NCBI GenBank assembly: GCA_010015585.1
Contig: ML975186.1
Source: Eremomyces bilateralis CBS 781.70
Lineage: Eukaryota
DNA length: 64,000 bases
Strand: one strand, 5' to 3'
Part shown: positions 60,401-64,000 of the stretch, piece after piece
Position numbering within the stretch: the first letter of the stretch is position 1
How the letters are laid out: every line of letters starts with the position of its first letter
Notes under the pieces: generated by a model
What the model was told of the DNA's origin: nothing
The model's input: the letters and a program-made list of their open reading frames with translations, nothing else
Databases searched by the model: none
Translations under genes and position numbers: made by a program

Positions 60401-63400
60401 CCCGCGCCATTCCAACTGGACGGCCACGATCCCCCTAAATTGGCGCGATACACGTACATAGTACATTTCTTCATCCTTGACGATGATAGGCTTCCCGGAA
60501 ACTCGGCGCACCACGGATTGTTTCCGTTCACCGCATTGGACGCAAGAAATGGTGGCGCACAGTTTGATTGGGCGGCATTGAGACGAGGTACCGCCCAAAG
60601 AGGAAAATCGAGCGTCAGTTCGCGATGTCGCTGCGATGATTGGGCGATCTCGCGTCTCAAGTCTTGTTCTGGTCACACCGCCCATCAGTCAGATGAGTGC
60701 CTGGATTCCGCATCGTGACGATGGAATGGACGCGGATGAATGGATACGTTCTCCTTGATGCACCGAGATAACCATTCGATGGCACCAGTCCAGGCGGAGA
60801 GGGATCCGCAAGAATGGCATGGCGCCGACACGATCCTGGCATCTAAGAAAAGACTAGGTAAGTTACATCGTCTCGTATTTATGGTTTGGGCAGCCGACTT
60901 TCCATGGAGCAGCATAAGATCAACATCCTAGGAGGATTTCAAGCATCGGCTGTCTTGAGCCTCGATATGCCCCACCGTTGCGAGGACAGCGCATACTATT
61001 CATCTATAGAACTTGTATTGATAGTACCGTACGGAACTAAGCTGCAGGCATCCTCCGACAGGTACAGAACACGGCATGTACTGATGCATGCTATTGTGCC
61101 GAAATTTCAGTTGGCATCCATAATCTGTTGGATATCCAGATCATTTTAGGGCAGTGTGGTCCCCTTTCCTACACTGATCTTTTATTGGCATCGCAGGCCT
61201 CAGGGGCTAGCCAGTCCAACGGTGCTAACGCGATCACTGGTCGCTGCAAAAATAGCCACTCCACATTCCACAATGACACCTTCGTTCGAGAACTTGCTTA
61301 AGGGCAGACAAAGTCACAAGCCTTGGGTCTTTTAGCTTGATGGTCCGGTGAAAATACCTCCATCTCCAAGAGGCAAGAATGAGGTTGAATACCTACTTGC
61401 ACACTAGAGCTTGTTCTCTATTCGTAGCATTCATGAAATCGCCAGCGCGGATTCATTTCTAGGAAGCGCTATCACTAACTAGTGGAACTTGGAGGGGTCC
61501 ACGTTACTTTCTCACTTTCCGAGGTGTCCCCGTGAGGGTACCGTGTTCCAGTTGGACGAACGCAAAAGCTTCTGGAAATTCTTTCGAAAGTTCGATTCTC
61601 TTGGCCCGAATCCAATGTCCGGGTGTCATGGCCCCATGGCCATGCCACAAAACCAGGATCATACCAGAGACCTAGGGTCTATTCGAAGTGCAGCTCCTTG
61701 GGGAATGGGCACCCTATTCTGTTGTCCTTCTCCTCTTCTCGAAGCAGACGGTGCATGGCGGTATGCAATAATACCTAGGCTCAATAGGACAGGGTTGGAC
61801 GAGGAGCAACTCAAGACCATACGCGACCCTGTAGGTCTGCTCGTGACTACTGCCCGCGGTGAGGGTGTGACGGATGATGCTGCACCAAGACTTCGATAAC
61901 CCCATGTGTGAAGCCTATCTTCGCCGCATTTTCGTCTGCTGTGGGCGCTCTCGTACCAGCTTCGAATCTTCGATGGTCTCGCAAGGCGCCGAGTCGCAGG
62001 GTTATTCAAACGGGCAAACGACATGGTGTCGTTGCGCAATTTGACCTGCGGGATGCGACATTTGTTATTATGACAAGCTGAAGAGAGGAAGCTTCTAGGA
62101 GTCAGGGACCTGAGACCTCCTCCTAGTCGAAGGGTCAATAGGACGACGGGTCGGGACAAACCCTGCTTCGCGTGGATGGGACCAAGGCGCAAGGCGGCAA
62201 GGATCTTGGACGGATGGACGGAAGCCCCGTCAGCTTTGACATCGGGGTGGGTGTACCGTGTAACTGTGCATGAAGATTAAAATACCGTGGTGGGTGATTA
62301 CATCTTCGTGGAAAATGAATCAGAGAATGGATAATGGAAGGTGACGAAGTAAGAACTGACGATCTTTGGATTCTTAGCTCCCGACGCCACGCGGTTGCGT
62401 TCCTGCACTGCGTCCGTCTTGGGAGAATTCCAGTATACGGAGATTTTCGTCCCACTCGTCCTGGAGTCTTGTACTGGGAAACTTCAAAATCATATATCTT
62501 ACGGTGCTAATAGGATTACTTGTCTCGTCATCCGTGAATTTCGGACATGTTCTATCCTGGAAACACCCCTAGATAACCGACGAGGCGGTGGCACAAGCCA
62601 CAAGGGACTTGGCGGAGTCTGGCAGCCTAGAGCATCGAAACAACGGCCTCATTCACTATAGCGGACTCATTTCCTGTCCCGCGATTCTTCATTACGGATT
62701 CTATTTGGGAAGCTCTGAAGAGTGAAGACTGAAAGCTACCGTACGTGCGTACCATCGAGAAGCGGATGGCTCCATGTGCAGTGCAACAACCACTAGCACC
62801 ATGGCAACCCCCTTCAATGAATCACCCGAACTTCTGTGGACCGAGGAGTCTACAGGCACCAAGCCAAGGTTCAGGTGGTAATTCTATCAAGTTATCTCCT
62901 GCAGTACAGATGTACAGCAAGTCCTATCTTTCGGCATGGGAATTTCATACTCTATACCGATGCTTGACTATTCCAACAGGGTCGTAGTTTTAGGGCTTGG
63001 AATAGCTGCTGCTTTGAATTGTCCATTTGGCACTTAAATGATCTGATCCTCGGTCAGAGGTGTCGATACGGAGCAAGGAGGTCAAGGCTAAAAGTTGTAC
63101 ATAATAAACATTATTTCACTCTAGGGATAGGCTTTAATCAATTACCTATTGGACTCGAGGATTGGACCCTCTAGAGTGTAAGGGAGGGGTCGACGGGAGC
63201 TTAGGAGAAAGGTGATGCTGCATTCCCATTGTGAAGCACATCCATTATCCCCTCACGGATCACGGATTGATAGCCTTGCGAAATCATATGAAGGCTACGA
63301 ACGACCAGCGGCAGCGGCATTTGGATCCTGCGAAACCGTCCTGGTAAATGTGACAGGTTGCTTTTGTTCCATTCGCCGTCTGCACCTGGTTAGTCACTGG

Positions 63401-63482
63401 CCTTCAAATGCCACCTTTGCGACGCCGCTCTATTACTGCAATATCAAATTCATATGGTTCTAGTTTGCTGGGATCACCGACG

Positions 63483-63498
63483 CTGCGGCATGCCGCAG
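63483..63498. repeat. Perfect 16-bp palindrome CTGCGGCATGCCGCAG, partly repeated at 63967-63979
   Basis: Self-reverse-complementary. CGCTGCGGCATGC recurs 486 bp downstream. Confidence 0.8.
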
Positions 63499-64000
63499 TC
63501 TGCACGACAGTTAGAACGAAGCTGACGCTGCAGAAAGGCGAACCGCAGCGTTAGGATCCTGATATGCATCCTGAGAGAGGCTCAGCAAAGACATGCAGCA
63601 GTGCAAGCGGTGGTCGTGATCCTCCGTACACTCCATTCCTTACATTCCTGGTGGAGTCCAATCGAGCGGAATCACATTACACAAATCGCACCCAATTGCT
63701 CTCACGGATGGCCCGGATCATGGCTCCCCTCAGGGCTCAGCATGAAGTCTCGTGATGGGGTGTCTGAAGAGCCCAATGTGCTCCCTAGCTGCAGCGGAAA
63801 CGCTTTGCAATTGGCAGTGACCCTCGCCGGTCTGACAAGGCGATGATAGGATCAGGATTCTGGCAGAATACAACTGTAGGGTGGATTCCTAACTTCAACG
63901 CCTCCCACCACCGCCAATCGTATCACGTATGGTGGAAACTGTACCTTTCAATTTGCATGGCAGCAGCGCTGCGGCATGCTCCGCGATACCACGACCCCAC

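Noticed and set aside
59925..60685. Starship captain (DUF3435 tyrosine recombinase) remnant
   Set aside because: Only vague resemblance. No catalytic R-H-R-H-Y motifs could be identified.
1..64000. CRISPR arrays, rRNA, spliceosomal snRNAs, telomerase RNA
   Set aside because: Eukaryotic nuclear DNA with no repeat-spacer array, and no U1/U2/U5/U6 or template consensus found by eye.

Overview
Gene-dense nuclear region of a filamentous ascomycete (Pezizomycotina), with short GT-AG introns and CTRAY branch sites. Bases 1-5300 are decayed and AT/TpA-rich. They hold two Tc1/mariner-type transposase remnants and a small family of RIP-like inactivated genes with a C-terminal Zn2Cys6-like motif, one copy forming a ~96-nt inverted repeat. 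About 17 intact-looking genes follow: FMP27/Hobbit (BLTP2), a conserved uncharacterised protein, DUF427, a Ctr copper transporter, DPP4, an HSL-type hydrolase, PHO85, a MAG lipase, an AA9 LPMO (9 exons), NOP16, a ZIP7/YKE4-type zinc transporter, RIB1, a rhomboid, a SIM-RING (STUbL-like) ligase, DNA polymerase gamma, a CECR5-like HAD and a probable HEIP1/REDIC1-like meiotic protein. There is also a Tsp3-like tetraspanin broken by two in-frame TGAs, an orphan island (~28-31 kb) with a Copia-Gag-like ORF, and a gene-poor tail (57.5-64 kb). I found no tRNA, rRNA, snRNA or CRISPR. I cannot support a complete novel multi-gene system. The best leads are the Zn2Cys6-like pseudogene/hairpin locus, an apparent GT-CG intron in Ctr, the double-TGA tetraspanin, an AUG-less PHO85 extension and the HEIP1-like gene. 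Family assignments come from motif recognition, not database searches.
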